DNA of 64,000 bases, from IMG/VR virus record IMGVR_UViG_3300025534_000006, positions 21,781-85,780 of that record; one strand, 5' to 3'. How positions within the stretch are numbered: the first letter of the stretch is position 1; each line of letters begins with the position of its first letter. The notes below the pieces were generated by a model. It had not been told where the DNA came from and did not search any database. It worked only from the letters and a program-made list of their open reading frames with translations. Position numbers and translations under genes: made by a program. Shown piece by piece: positions 1-8,721 of the stretch. Source of the stretch: a virus. Its lineage: Duplodnaviria; Caudoviricetes.

Positions 1-500
1 AGACCATGGGCTGCCATGTGCCGCTCGATCACACTGGGCGTGTCGGTGGCGTAAACGCCCTCAAGGCTGTCCCAGCGACCATCATGGTAATTGCCGCCGC
101 CATAGTTGGGTACCAGCCCCTTCTTCAAGATGGACCGAATGTTCTTGCGGGCGGTGACGTGTAGGAAGTATCGGGCACCAGCGACACCATTTGTGACAGG
201 CATCGTGTGAGCGATGGCCGATGCATACCTCCGAAGCTCGTCGTCGCTCTTGCCCTCGCACCGTTCGCGGACCTCGGCCTCGGTACGGCCCTCTTGGGTG
301 TAGTGAGCGACCAAAAGATCGATCAGTTCCTCCCGGCTCATGCGCTGGACGCTTCGGCGTCCGGACGCTTCCACAAGCGTGGCTATCTCTGCGGTCTCGG
401 GTCTGTCGAGAGAGGCGCCGCCCCGGTTCGACCGGGCGAACCAACGTTTAAAAGCGGGACTATCGACAAGGTTGCTTTTCGTCGCGCTCTCCACGAGATT
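1..500 (-). CDS. Partial ADP-ribosyltransferase-fold protein; runs off the window edge and its N-terminus is displaced by the IS
   Basis: Hand translation (not in ORF track): NLVESATKSNLVDSPAFKRWF...YFLHVTARKNIRSILKKGLVPNYGGG...EGVYATD. Has the H-x-T and GVY motifs; PAFKRWF echoes PEFKRWF of 63207..63941. Confidence 0.6.
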
Positions 501-518
501 GGGCACTATCAGGTTAGA

Positions 519-985
519 TCACGCAGCCACTAGGGCTTGTGTCGTCCCTGATTTCACGGGCGCCTCGCGGCGCTCGGATGACCTCACCACGGCAAACGGC
601 ACCCCACCGAAGTAGGGATTCGTCGTTCGTGGGTCGGCGGGCAGGCCCCGCTGCCCGGATCGGCCGAGCTTCGAAAGGCCCGGCCGTCGCTCAGACATGG
701 GATGGCGGGCCGTGAAAGCCGCCACCAGATGCCCAAGGACTGCCGCCTTCCTCTGGAACACCGAACCGATAGGGAGCGCACGGCGCTCCCCGATGTTCGG
801 CGCCGCATTGAGATCGGCGTGCTTGGTGTGGCCGCACCACAGGCAGGAGAACCTGCCCTGCGAGCGGCGATTTCGGGCGTCCACGTAGCCGCAGGCATTG
901 CAGGTCTGGCTGCTGTATGCCGGGTTGACCTCGGTGGACGTGATGCCGAGCCGCTGTTCGAGGTCGGCCAACTTGGACTGGATGC
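519..985 (-). pseudogene. tnpB: TnpB C-terminal fragment (Zn ribbon and RuvC-III)
   Basis: EVNPAYSSQTCNACG...RFSCLWCGHTKHADLNAAPNI; N-terminal part with RuvC-I/II missing. Confidence 0.85.
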
Positions 986-1605
986 GGGTCCAGCACGCCA
1001 TCGAGTGCCGAGGCGATGGCTTCCTTGCCGTGCGTCGGGATGACCTTCGCCACCACGTCGCCGCCCCGCTCTGCGGCCACCAGAACCAACGGGCGCTTCG
1101 TGCCGCGACCCTTGGTGTTGGGCGGAGGCGGCGGGTCGTCCTCGTGGTCGCGGGACGGCTTCGCCCGCTTCCGGGGCGGCGCCCCGGCATACATCTCATC
1201 GACCTCAATCACACCGGTCAGGATCGGGTTGGCCTCGGTCATCATCACGCGGATGCGGTGGCCCATGAACCACGCGGTCGGGTAAGACACGCCTAGCATC
1301 TCGCCCAGCTTAACGGCGCTGATGCCCTTCGAGGACGCCACGATCAGGTAGATGGCCTGCAACCACGACAGCAGGGGCACACGGGTCCGGTGCATGGGTG
1401 TGCCCGCCGTGACGGTGAACTGACCGTCGCATTCGCGGCACGCCCACTTGCGCCGGGTGCCGATCCAACGTGCCCGGTTCACGGAGCCGCAGGATGGGCA
1501 CTCCGGGCCGTGCGGCCAACGGGCGCGCTCGAACCATGCGCGGGCGCTGTCCTCGTCAGGAAACAGGGCGTTGAAGGCGCGCAGGCTCAAGGCGGAACCG
1601 CTCAT
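985..1605 (-). pseudogene. IS1595-family transposase, C-terminally truncated
   Basis: Zn ribbon CPSCG..WACREC, SKGISAVKLGEMLGV HTH, EVDEMY first catalytic motif; similarity ends after ALDGVLDP and the rest of the DDE domain is absent. Confidence 0.85.
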
Positions 1606-1622
1606 AGGGTGGATACTACCCC

Positions 1623-1628
1623 TATTTA
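1623..1628 (-). promoter_or_regulatory. TAAATA late-promoter-like site directly at the IS end
   Basis: CTAAATA on minus strand, same motif as upstream of structural genes. Confidence 0.55.
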
Positions 1629-1657
1629 GCTAGTGCGTCAACTTGATAGGTCCGGGA

Positions 1658-2050
1658 TCATTTACCTCGGAAAGCGTCGGTCATTTTGTCACTCGGACCT
1701 TGGAGGTGATCCGCGTAGGTCCATGGCGTATCGTCTCGCCCGATGGCAGGCCATGGGGCGTTTGGATCGAACTGCCGTGCCGTCCAGTCAAACCAGTACC
1801 CCGCGCAGGTCGCCACTCGATGTACGGTGTCGTTCACTACAGCGATCTCGTCCGCGTACACGTCCCGCTTGCTGTAGCCATGGCGCATCAGAACATCGCA
1901 GAATTGCGCCGAAGCTCGACCGCACTTATCGCGGGCACCCTCCGGGGTCGCGTATTCGGGGTGCTCTCGCTTGAACTCCTCGACCGCTGCCTGCATCGGC
2001 GCAGGCAGGCGCATAAGATCGATTGAGGAATTTTCGGACAGGGCGGTCAT
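1658..2050 (-). CDS. Papain/transglutaminase-like fold protein (Cys-His-Asp)
   Basis: KCGRAS...VHRV...FDWTARQF; same pattern as domain 2 of 58965..61262. Confidence 0.55.
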   Translation of the reverse strand: MTALSENSSIDLMRLPAPMQAAVEEFKREHPEYATPEGARDKCGRASAQFCDVLMRHGYSKRDVYADEIAVVNDTVHRVATCAGYWFDWTARQFDPNAPWPAIGRDDTPWTYADHLQGPSDKMTDAFRGK

Positions 2051-2080
2051 TATGCAGTCCTCGGATTGAGCTATCGAAAA

Positions 2081-2395
2081 TCAGGATTGTGTGGCCTTCT
2101 GCATGGCTTTCACCTTCCGCCGATGCCGTTTCCGTTCTGCGAGGCGAGCGCGGATGGCATCCTCGTCGGTGGTGTCGAGAGCAGCCATGATTTCGTTGAA
2201 AACTGCGTTCCGGACCGACACGAGCATGGTGGGCGTCGATGCCTCCACGGCTGCCGGATACATCGTCTCGATATGATGGGCGACGGCCTTGCCGATGTCC
2301 ATGGCGATCTCCTTGACTAGATCGCGCGAGAGCGGCGCAGGCTGCCGGTCGGGGACAGCCAAATCAGTTGCGCGAGGGTGTGGGTTGTTTTTCAT
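2081..2395 (-). CDS. Hypothetical phage protein
   Basis: Likely start MKNNPH at 2395 inside ORF 2081..2596. Confidence 0.55.
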   Translation of the reverse strand: MKNNPHPRATDLAVPDRQPAPLSRDLVKEIAMDIGKAVAHHIETMYPAAVEASTPTMLVSVRNAVFNEIMAALDTTDEDAIRARLAERKRHRRKVKAMQKATQS

Positions 2396-2659
2396 GCAGA
2401 GTTCCTGTGGTCTGGTCGTTGTCGGTTCTTGGATGGTCCAGATTGTTATGGGATAGACGCTTGCCGAGTTGCAGCCACGCCGAAGCCAAGGCGTTCCGTT
2501 GAACCATCGCCGGAATTGATCAAGGCACTCGGCATACTGTTGAACGAGAAATAACCCCTTGGAGCGGGCCGGGCAAACCAAAAAAATCGGTTGCACTGAT
2601 TTTTGTTTGTGGTAAGTTCATCCCATGACGCGGTACCGGAAACCGTTGGGATGAAGGAG

Positions 2660-2920
2660 ATGCAAATGTCGGCCGGTTTGCCCATTAGCCACACGCATCA
2701 ACTCGTGGTCGCCGGGCACGACCCGTCCGATGTCGTCGTGGCCCTTCTTGGTACGGCGAAGTCGCTGATGGCGGTGCCGGAAACCGTGGCCGCTGCCCGC
2801 GTAGCGCAGAAACTACTCTGCGCGCGCGAATTCATCCGGTGCCTCCTGTACGGGGGATGGGTATCAGGGCCTCTCCGCTTTTGCGGATGGATGGAAGTGT
2901 GCCATCTTCGCGAAGCCTGA
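2660..2920 (+). CDS. Hypothetical protein
   Basis: AAGGAG SD before ATG 2660. Confidence 0.45.
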   Translation: MQMSAGLPISHTHQLVVAGHDPSDVVVALLGTAKSLMAVPETVAAARVAQKLLCAREFIRCLLYGGWVSGPLRFCGWMEVCHLREA

Positions 2921-2979
2921 TCCGGTGGTTCCTAGCGAGGGCTGATTTTTGCGGATTTCCCATGATGACCGAGAGAGCG

Positions 2980-3465
2980 ATGGCCACCCCAACGTCCGAC
3001 CCGATGAATGACTCGATTATCGCCCGTCTGGAAAGAGCAAAGGAGACCCTCGTCGCCAACGGTTGGCGACGTATTCCTCGCTTTTCGACGCCTCCGAACC
3101 CTTATCCATTCGGTACGCCGGAATGGCGGAAGGAGATAAGCCGGATCAGCGCCATGGAGTTTGAAGCCCGGCGCAACCCACATGTCATCAACCCGGATGG
3201 CGTCGGACTATTCGCCGCCTTGATTCCGGAAAAGGAAATGGCGTGGGAGACTGCTGCCGAGATGCTGAAGTCCATACAACTGGCAATAAATCGCCGCGAT
3301 TCTCCTGCAATCAGGAGCGACGCGATGATGATGCTGGTACATGCCGAAATTCTGATTTGGTGCGAGGACCCAGCCCGCGTCGATTCTGATGTCGTGGACC
3401 TGCTGAACAAGGCGATCCAAATCCGTGCGGAACGCGTTCGCACTGGAACTGGATTGGCGGTATGA
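2980..3465 (+). CDS. Hypothetical protein with NPYPFGT motif
   Basis: Likely start 2980 within ORF 2839..3465; purine-rich upstream. Confidence 0.5.
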   Translation: MATPTSDPMNDSIIARLERAKETLVANGWRRIPRFSTPPNPYPFGTPEWRKEISRISAMEFEARRNPHVINPDGVGLFAALIPEKEMAWETAAEMLKSIQLAINRRDSPAIRSDAMMMLVHAEILIWCEDPARVDSDVVDLLNKAIQIRAERVRTGTGLAV

Positions 3466-3569
3466 GCATCCCGGTTGCCATGGACGTTTGAACCGAGGAA
3501 CTCCGCTTGCACCGATTTCGAGTTGTTGTAGCTCCTATAACGCGATTTCGATGATGAGGTGCAAGCGCC

Positions 3570-3755
3570 ATGGCGAATCTCGTTGATCGCAAGAGCCATG
3601 CCTACAAGGAAGGCCGGAGAGCGGGTGCCGCCGACCGTCCCCGCGCCAGTAATCCCTATCAGACCCGTGTTGGCGAATGGAGCGATTGGGATGCGGGGGC
3701 TGGCTGGCCGGGTACTATGACATCGGGTGGAGCAGGCCACCGAAGCCCGCTCTGA
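3570..3755 (+). CDS. Small protein, possibly RMF-like
   Basis: GAGGT SD; AYKEGRRAG...NPY...WSDWDAG pattern. Confidence 0.45.
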   Translation: MANLVDRKSHAYKEGRRAGAADRPRASNPYQTRVGEWSDWDAGAGWPGTMTSGGAGHRSPL

Positions 3756-3852
3756 AATCGCCGAAATAGTGGCCGGGGTCCGATCCTCCGAGGAGGATGG
3801 GCCTCGCCACCCGGATGCACATGCAACAACCTCGTGGACGATGGAGACGACG

Positions 3853-4056
3853 ATGTTCAAGGTAGGACACGCCATCACCAGTTCCGGCCTCTGGTTCTGC
3901 GATGTGCTCCGTGATGGGCGCATCTACTGCTCCGTCGCCAACATGCGGACCGAGGAGGAGGCCCTGATGCGGGCGACCAAGATCGCCGACGCCTTGAACC
4001 TCGCCACCAGCCAAGGGGTGATCGATCCCGAGGCCACCGCCAAGGTTGTGGGCTAG
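3853..4056 (+). CDS. Hypothetical protein
   Basis: GGAG SD before ATG 3853 (MFKVGH) in ORF 3727..4056. Confidence 0.5.
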   Translation: MFKVGHAITSSGLWFCDVLRDGRIYCSVANMRTEEEALMRATKIADALNLATSQGVIDPEATAKVVG

Positions 4057-4064
4057 ACCCGGCA

Positions 4065-4280
4065 ATGTGCGCCGACGATGAACGCCCGTGGTGGGCCGGG
4101 CTCGATGAGCCCGATGCCACCTGCCACAATGTCGGCCTCTCGGGCAATTGCGGTGACGACTGTCCGGTCCTGCACCGAGGCGATTGCCAGCACGAGACGG
4201 ATATGCTGGCGAGTGAACTGCGGGACGAATCCGTCAAGGCGTTCTTCGGGAGGTGGTCGCAGGCGACCGAACCGAAATAA
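4065..4280 (+). CDS. Small Cys/His-containing hypothetical protein
   Basis: ORF in series with + strand neighbours. Confidence 0.5.
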   Translation: MCADDERPWWAGLDEPDATCHNVGLSGNCGDDCPVLHRGDCQHETDMLASELRDESVKAFFGRWSQATEPK

Positions 4281-4285
4281 TTAGG

Positions 4286-4313
4286 TTGACGACTTCCGGA
4301 TTCTCACTAAGAT
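4286..4313 (+). promoter_or_regulatory. Sigma70-like early promoter
   Basis: TTGACG-N16-TAAGAT. Confidence 0.6.
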
Positions 4314-4329
4314 GCGCTCATAGCCTTGA

Positions 4330-4731
4330 GTGCAGATGATGGAGGTTGTTGTGGCTCGCAGCGAGCAGTTCACGCAGCAAGAAGCGGAAGTCCTCCTGCA
4401 TCGCCTCGACACGGGCTGCATCACCGAGGCACTTCTCGACGATCCGGAGTACGACGACCTCACCGAAGCCGAATGGGAGACTGCGCGGGAGCGGCTGCTG
4501 GCATGTGAGGCCAAGCTGGCAGACATGCTTCGCGGCGGTCATCGCATCACGAACGATGACGAATTGCTCATGGTGGTGCTCGCAGATGCTTTGGAGGGCA
4601 CGACGTACTTCCCGCCCCTTCGGAACCTCCACCCGGACGAAAAGCGCACGACGCTGGCGCTGAGCCGGAGCCTTGAGCGCAAGATCAGCCGATTGGTCGG
4701 AAGGCAGGTCCGTAGCCCGCTGGAAAGCTGA
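4330..4731 (+). CDS. Hypothetical protein
   Basis: ORF just downstream of the promoter. Confidence 0.6.
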   Translation: MQMMEVVVARSEQFTQQEAEVLLHRLDTGCITEALLDDPEYDDLTEAEWETARERLLACEAKLADMLRGGHRITNDDELLMVVLADALEGTTYFPPLRNLHPDEKRTTLALSRSLERKISRLVGRQVRSPLES

Positions 4732-4740
4732 GGTTCGAAC

Positions 4741-5265
4741 ATGGACTTCCGGCCCGAGAAGGTCATTATCGGCCGCGTCGCAGCACGGGAGTACAGTGTC
4801 TATGACCCGGTGCTTGATCTCTGGGTCGTGGTTGGCGCTGATGGGGGCGTGCGCTTCGAGAGCCCGGAGCCAGTCAGCCTAAGCGAGTTCTTCCCAGCAC
4901 CCGACGCCGGTACCGAGGACTTCGCGGTGAGGCTGCTTGCGTGGCTGCGCGAAAATGCCGGGACCGGCGAGGTGATTGAGGGTCGATGGGCCGATTGTGC
5001 GGATACTCAGGCGGCTCGTGCCGCCGTGTATTCCTTCGACGGCACCGCGCCGCTGGCGGTCGAAACGGGGCTGGAGTTCAATTGGGATTTCCGGACGCGC
5101 GACGTGATCTTCGAGGTCCGTGGCGACCCGGAGTTGGTGGACGAGTTCCTCGCCGAATACCGCGTGCAGTTCCCGCGCGAGACCTATGACACCACTTTCG
5201 CGGAGCACCCCGCACCCGAGGGTGCGAAGTGCGTGCGCGTGGTCCGCAGGAAGCTGTTCGATTAG
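4741..5265 (+). CDS. Hypothetical protein
   Basis: 174-aa ORF with normal composition, in series. Confidence 0.65.
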   Translation: MDFRPEKVIIGRVAAREYSVYDPVLDLWVVVGADGGVRFESPEPVSLSEFFPAPDAGTEDFAVRLLAWLRENAGTGEVIEGRWADCADTQAARAAVYSFDGTAPLAVETGLEFNWDFRTRDVIFEVRGDPELVDEFLAEYRVQFPRETYDTTFAEHPAPEGAKCVRVVRRKLFD

Positions 5266-6026
5266 CCCGATGCCCCGAGATGCCCGAGCAGTTCCGGAGT
5301 GCCGACGGCGTTGAGCACCTGCTTGGCGCAAGGGTTCTGGAACAGGCTGAACAGCGAGTTGGTCATCGCGAAGTTCAGCATCTCGGTCATCGCGGTAGCC
5401 AATGCCTGAACCTCGTTTCCGATCATGGTGGTGATGTTGGCGGCAACCATTTCAATCTGCGCCACCGCACCCATGATCGCTCCCAAGGCGGCTTGCATGT
5501 CCGTCAGGACGCCGGACACCACGTTCTGGATCGTGCTGGTCATCGCGTTGATCTGGCTGGTGATCTGGTCGATGAACCCCTGTGCGCCGCCCATCAGTGA
5601 CCCGAAAAAGTTGCCCATACCCGCACAGGGGTCGGTCCCCGGCGCGCCAGTATTGCCTTGCGAGGGCATGTTGCAGCCCGCGCCCACGAGGCCGACTTGG
5701 GCAGCTAGGTGGGACACGGCCAGACTGAGATTGCTGACAAGGTTCTGAATCTGCGTCTGCAAATGCGAGATCAGCGCCGACACCGCCCCCATGGCGACGG
5801 CCTCGATACGCATGATGAGGGACTGCGCGTCCAGCATCAGGGAGGTCAGGATCGCCTCGGGAATCTCTTGGATGCGCTCGATGGAGCCCAAAAGCTGATC
5901 CTTGAGGGCCATTGCGCCCGTGATGGCGGTGGTGGCGAATGCGCCGCCGGACTGCAACAGGCCCATGACGCCGCAGGTGCCCGGATTCGTCGGAAAAGCG
6001 ATGATGCCTGAAATGTTGATGCTCAT
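5262..6026 (-). CDS. Helical Ala/Gly/Met-rich protein, possibly baseplate-associated
   Basis: Directly follows the PAAR gene; amphipathic helical composition. Confidence 0.55.
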   Translation of the reverse strand: MSINISGIIAFPTNPGTCGVMGLLQSGGAFATTAITGAMALKDQLLGSIERIQEIPEAILTSLMLDAQSLIMRIEAVAMGAVSALISHLQTQIQNLVSNLSLAVSHLAAQVGLVGAGCNMPSQGNTGAPGTDPCAGMGNFFGSLMGGAQGFIDQITSQINAMTSTIQNVVSGVLTDMQAALGAIMGAVAQIEMVAANITTMIGNEVQALATAMTEMLNFAMTNSLFSLFQNPCAKQVLNAVGTPELLGHLGASG

Positions 6027-6032
6027 GATGGT

Positions 6033-6902
6033 TCAGTCGATGAATGTGTTGGGTGAGCCGCCGATCACGATGTGACCGCACGCCGCGATGGCGCCCATGG
6101 GAGCGGCCTGCTTGTCGCCATGGCTGACGGTCGGACTGCACAGGGCCACGATGGTGGTAAGCCCGTGCTGCTTGCAGAATACCAGATCGCCCAGCCGCGC
6201 CACCGGCAGGTCGTTCACGCTGGTGGTCTCCGACCCGGAGATGATCTGTCCGCCTCCCGTCAGGGGATCGCCAAGGCGGGCGAGGGGCTTGCCGGAGGCG
6301 TTGGGGGAGGGGGCCGGGTCGAACTCCCCGGTGGTGGGCGCGTCGGCCGATTCCGTCACCGCATTGGATGGCCGGACGGTGCGGCCGTTGCTGTAGGTGG
6401 TGACAACCTCGTTGGCCGATGCGGTGGAGGGTGGCTCCGGCGCCGTCGGGTCCGGGTTCTCCGGGGGTGGCTCGGCCTCGACCGGTTCCGCGTCATAAGC
6501 CGCATAGGTGACCCGGTCGCGGTCCGACTGGCTCCACGAGTAGTTGATGGTCTCGTTCTGCCTGCCCACGCCGCCGAGTTGCCCCCAGAAGGCGTGCGGG
6601 TATTTGCCTGCCGCGAGGCTGCCCGGCACCACGACGACGACATGGCCGTGCGCATTGGGCCGCGCCTGCTCCGACCCCTTGAGCCCGGCAATGACGAATT
6701 TGCCCGCCTGTGCCTGTGCGGCAGCCGTGGCGCCATCTGGCAGCACGGTCCAGCCATTGCCACTCCTGATGGTATCGACGATCTGGTTCGCCAAGCCCCG
6801 CAGCGGGATCGACAGAGCCGCTGCGACCGCCCGGCAGAAGCCGGAGCAGTCGGAGCGGTGCTCGGGCCAGTTGGCGGCACAAGCGGCGACGATATCAGCC
6901 AT
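6033..6902 (-). CDS. PAAR spike-tip protein with N-terminal NlpC/P60- or CHAP-like Cys-His hydrolase
   Basis: SDCSGF...HGHVVVV N-domain; Pro/Glu linker; ARLGD repeats, C..H and GSPNTFID C-terminus. Confidence 0.8.
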   Translation of the reverse strand: MADIVAACAANWPEHRSDCSGFCRAVAAALSIPLRGLANQIVDTIRSGNGWTVLPDGATAAAQAQAGKFVIAGLKGSEQARPNAHGHVVVVVPGSLAAGKYPHAFWGQLGGVGRQNETINYSWSQSDRDRVTYAAYDAEPVEAEPPPENPDPTAPEPPSTASANEVVTTYSNGRTVRPSNAVTESADAPTTGEFDPAPSPNASGKPLARLGDPLTGGGQIISGSETTSVNDLPVARLGDLVFCKQHGLTTIVALCSPTVSHGDKQAAPMGAIAACGHIVIGGSPNTFID

Positions 6903-6926
6903 TGGAACCCGGTATGGTCGCGCGCA

Positions 6927-7274
6927 TCAGCCCCGCAGCAGGCTACTGGCCTGCTGCGCGTTGGGAATCTCGATACCGGTGGTGGCCCGGATGTAGTTCG
7001 AGGCCACGTCCTGTCGGGTCTTGATGGGCTTGTTCAGCATCGCCTCGACGCGAAAGCTGACCGGGCCTTCCTCCCCGGCCGAGGCCATGAACGGCATGAA
7101 GCCGATCTGCGCCTGCTGCGGCCCGACCATCTGCACCCCGATCACGACGGGACGGGTCACCGCCACCACATCGGCCGAGATGGCGTGCAACTTGCCGACG
7201 ATCTCCTCGCCGCTGACCAGTTTGAAGGTGCAGACATCGCCCAGAGCGGGCGCATTGTTCTTCTCAATAAGCAT
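6927..7274 (-). CDS. Sm-like (LSm) fold protein
   Basis: GDVCTFKLVSGEEIVGKL...V.RPVVI, typical of T4-like phage Sm-fold proteins (from memory). Confidence 0.65.
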   Translation of the reverse strand: MLIEKNNAPALGDVCTFKLVSGEEIVGKLHAISADVVAVTRPVVIGVQMVGPQQAQIGFMPFMASAGEEGPVSFRVEAMLNKPIKTRQDVASNYIRATTGIEIPNAQQASSLLRG

Positions 7275-7367
7275 TCTGAAATGGCTCCTAGAATGACGCA
7301 ATTATAGCGCATCCGGCCCCTCGAAGCCAATTTCATTCGAAGGGCAACGTGGACGCTATAAAATCGG

Positions 7368-7422
7368 TTGACGGAACCGAATTTTGTGCGATCCTCCCTC
7401 TCGAAAGGAGGATCGCACAATG
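7368..7422 (+). promoter_or_regulatory. Promoter overlapping a 14-bp inverted repeat that pairs with the SD
   Basis: TTGACG 7368-7373; arms 7384-7397 and 7407-7420 (GGAGGATCGCACAA) ending at the A of ATG 7420. Confidence 0.6.
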
Positions 7423-7920
7423 GCTGTCCGGCGGATGCGCAGGATCGAGCGCGAATTGCGGGCGCGCTATTTCGAGGGCGCTTGTGCCATCGTCGAGGAG
7501 TTCGGTGGGCGATGGAAGGGCACGGAGAACGGAGCTTCCGGTCCGCACGCCGAGTACGTCCTGATGACCGATGCCGGTCCCCTCATGGTCGTGGTCTATG
7601 ATGACTGGACCCATACCTGCTTCGAGGACCCGAAGGCCGGTGCCGCGCTGGTGGGCAATGGGTTCGGGGCCGCTGATCCGATGCGCGGCTGCAACCCGTT
7701 CTCGGGCAAATGGAACTTCCATACCTTCCTCGGCCAGCAGAAGGCTCCGACCGCGCGCTACGTGGACGAATGCCTGCGGACCCTCCGCGCCGGTATGGAG
7801 AAGGCCGAGGCCCGTGCCATGACCGAGGACGAGATCGCCGCCTACGAGGCGGCCGAGGCCATCAAGGACGCGCGGCGGCAGGCGGAATGGGCCGCTGCAA
7901 TGACCCAGCAGGCGGCGTGA
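7420..7920 (+). CDS. Hypothetical protein
   Basis: GGAGG SD, ATG 7420. Confidence 0.7.
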   Translation: MAVRRMRRIERELRARYFEGACAIVEEFGGRWKGTENGASGPHAEYVLMTDAGPLMVVVYDDWTHTCFEDPKAGAALVGNGFGAADPMRGCNPFSGKWNFHTFLGQQKAPTARYVDECLRTLRAGMEKAEARAMTEDEIAAYEAAEAIKDARRQAEWAAAMTQQAA

Positions 7921-8099
7921 TGTTCTACTGTCCGCGCTGCGGCGAGGAGACCGAACGTCTGTTCGAAGGCTACTGCGAACCCTGCTGCGAGCAGGGCCAG
8001 CAGGAGTTGGACGAGCACAACGCCCGGTACGACTGGTGGGAGAGTCTGACCGAACAACAGCGGCAGGCGCAGATCAGGGACGCGATCCGACGGGGCTGA
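7920..8099 (+). CDS. Small Zn-finger protein
   Basis: MFYCPRCG...YCEPCC; start overlaps upstream stop. Confidence 0.6.
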   Translation: MFYCPRCGEETERLFEGYCEPCCEQGQQELDEHNARYDWWESLTEQQRQAQIRDAIRRG

Positions 8100-8113
8100 T
8101 CCCGGCCCACCAC

Positions 8114-8119
8114 TAAATA
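8114..8119 (+). promoter_or_regulatory. TAAATA late promoter
   Basis: CACTAAATAC, 5 nt before the kinase ATG. Confidence 0.65.
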
Positions 8120-8124
8120 CGCGC

Positions 8125-8706
8125 ATGTACGCGCATGAAATTCTCCGTCTGGACGAACTGCGGCCATCCACGGCCAAGGAACTCACCCGGACCAACTGGT
8201 CCGGGCATGAGGCGGTCGCGGAATGGCTCACCCGGCACGGTTTTCGGCAGATCGGCAGCGGCTCCTACGGTTCGGTCTGGTCCGATGAATCCCGCGCCGT
8301 GGTGAAGGTTTTCCACCGCGATCCCTGCTATGCCCGGTTCGCCGCGTACTGCCGCGACCACCGTGGCAACCCCCACCTGCCCAAGATCAGCCGTGTGTTC
8401 CCGCTGCCGCAGGACGGCGGCGTGGTCTTTATGGAACGGCTGGTGCCGCTCCCCGATGCGGTCGCCACGACATGGGCGCGCCTGATCAATACCTACAAGG
8501 ATTTCCTGACGTTCAGGGGCTACATGCCGCCTGCGAAGCTGCAAGGCGACGCCGAAGCCTTTGCCCGGCGCTACCCCGCCTTGGCGCGCACCGTGCGCGA
8601 GATCGTGGACCTGTTCGAGGATGGCGGGTGCCTGTTCGACATCCATGAGGACAATATCATGTCCCGCGACGGCACCGTCGTCATCATCGATCCGGTGATC
8701 GAGTAG
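8125..8706 (+). CDS. Ser/Thr protein-kinase-fold protein
   Basis: IGSGSYGSV glycine loop, VVK lysine, DIHEDN catalytic loop, IIDP. Confidence 0.85.
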   Translation: MYAHEILRLDELRPSTAKELTRTNWSGHEAVAEWLTRHGFRQIGSGSYGSVWSDESRAVVKVFHRDPCYARFAAYCRDHRGNPHLPKISRVFPLPQDGGVVFMERLVPLPDAVATTWARLINTYKDFLTFRGYMPPAKLQGDAEAFARRYPALARTVREIVDLFEDGGCLFDIHEDNIMSRDGTVVIIDPVIE

Positions 8707-8721
8707 CCTAGTCGGGCACCC

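Larger units (their letters stand above)
501..1621 (-). mobile_element. Internally deleted IS1595-family element carrying a tnpB remnant
   Basis: Imperfect terminal IR GGGCACTATC (501-510) vs GGGTAGTATC (rc of 1612-1621), 8/10 match; no target-site duplication seen; encloses 5' IS1595 tnp and 3' tnpB. Confidence 0.7.

Noticed and set aside
519-1208. Active RNA-guided TnpB nuclease
   Set aside because: Only the Zn ribbon and RuvC-III remain; the ORF's N-terminal part is out-of-frame IS1595 sequence.
691-1605. Intact transposase or programmed-frameshift IS1595-TnpB fusion
   Set aside because: Both halves lack essential catalytic regions and no slippery run is evident; a deletion is the simpler explanation.
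6033-6902. Bacterial type VI secretion locus
   Set aside because: No other T6SS genes; the context is phage, and PAAR is a normal spike-tip component.
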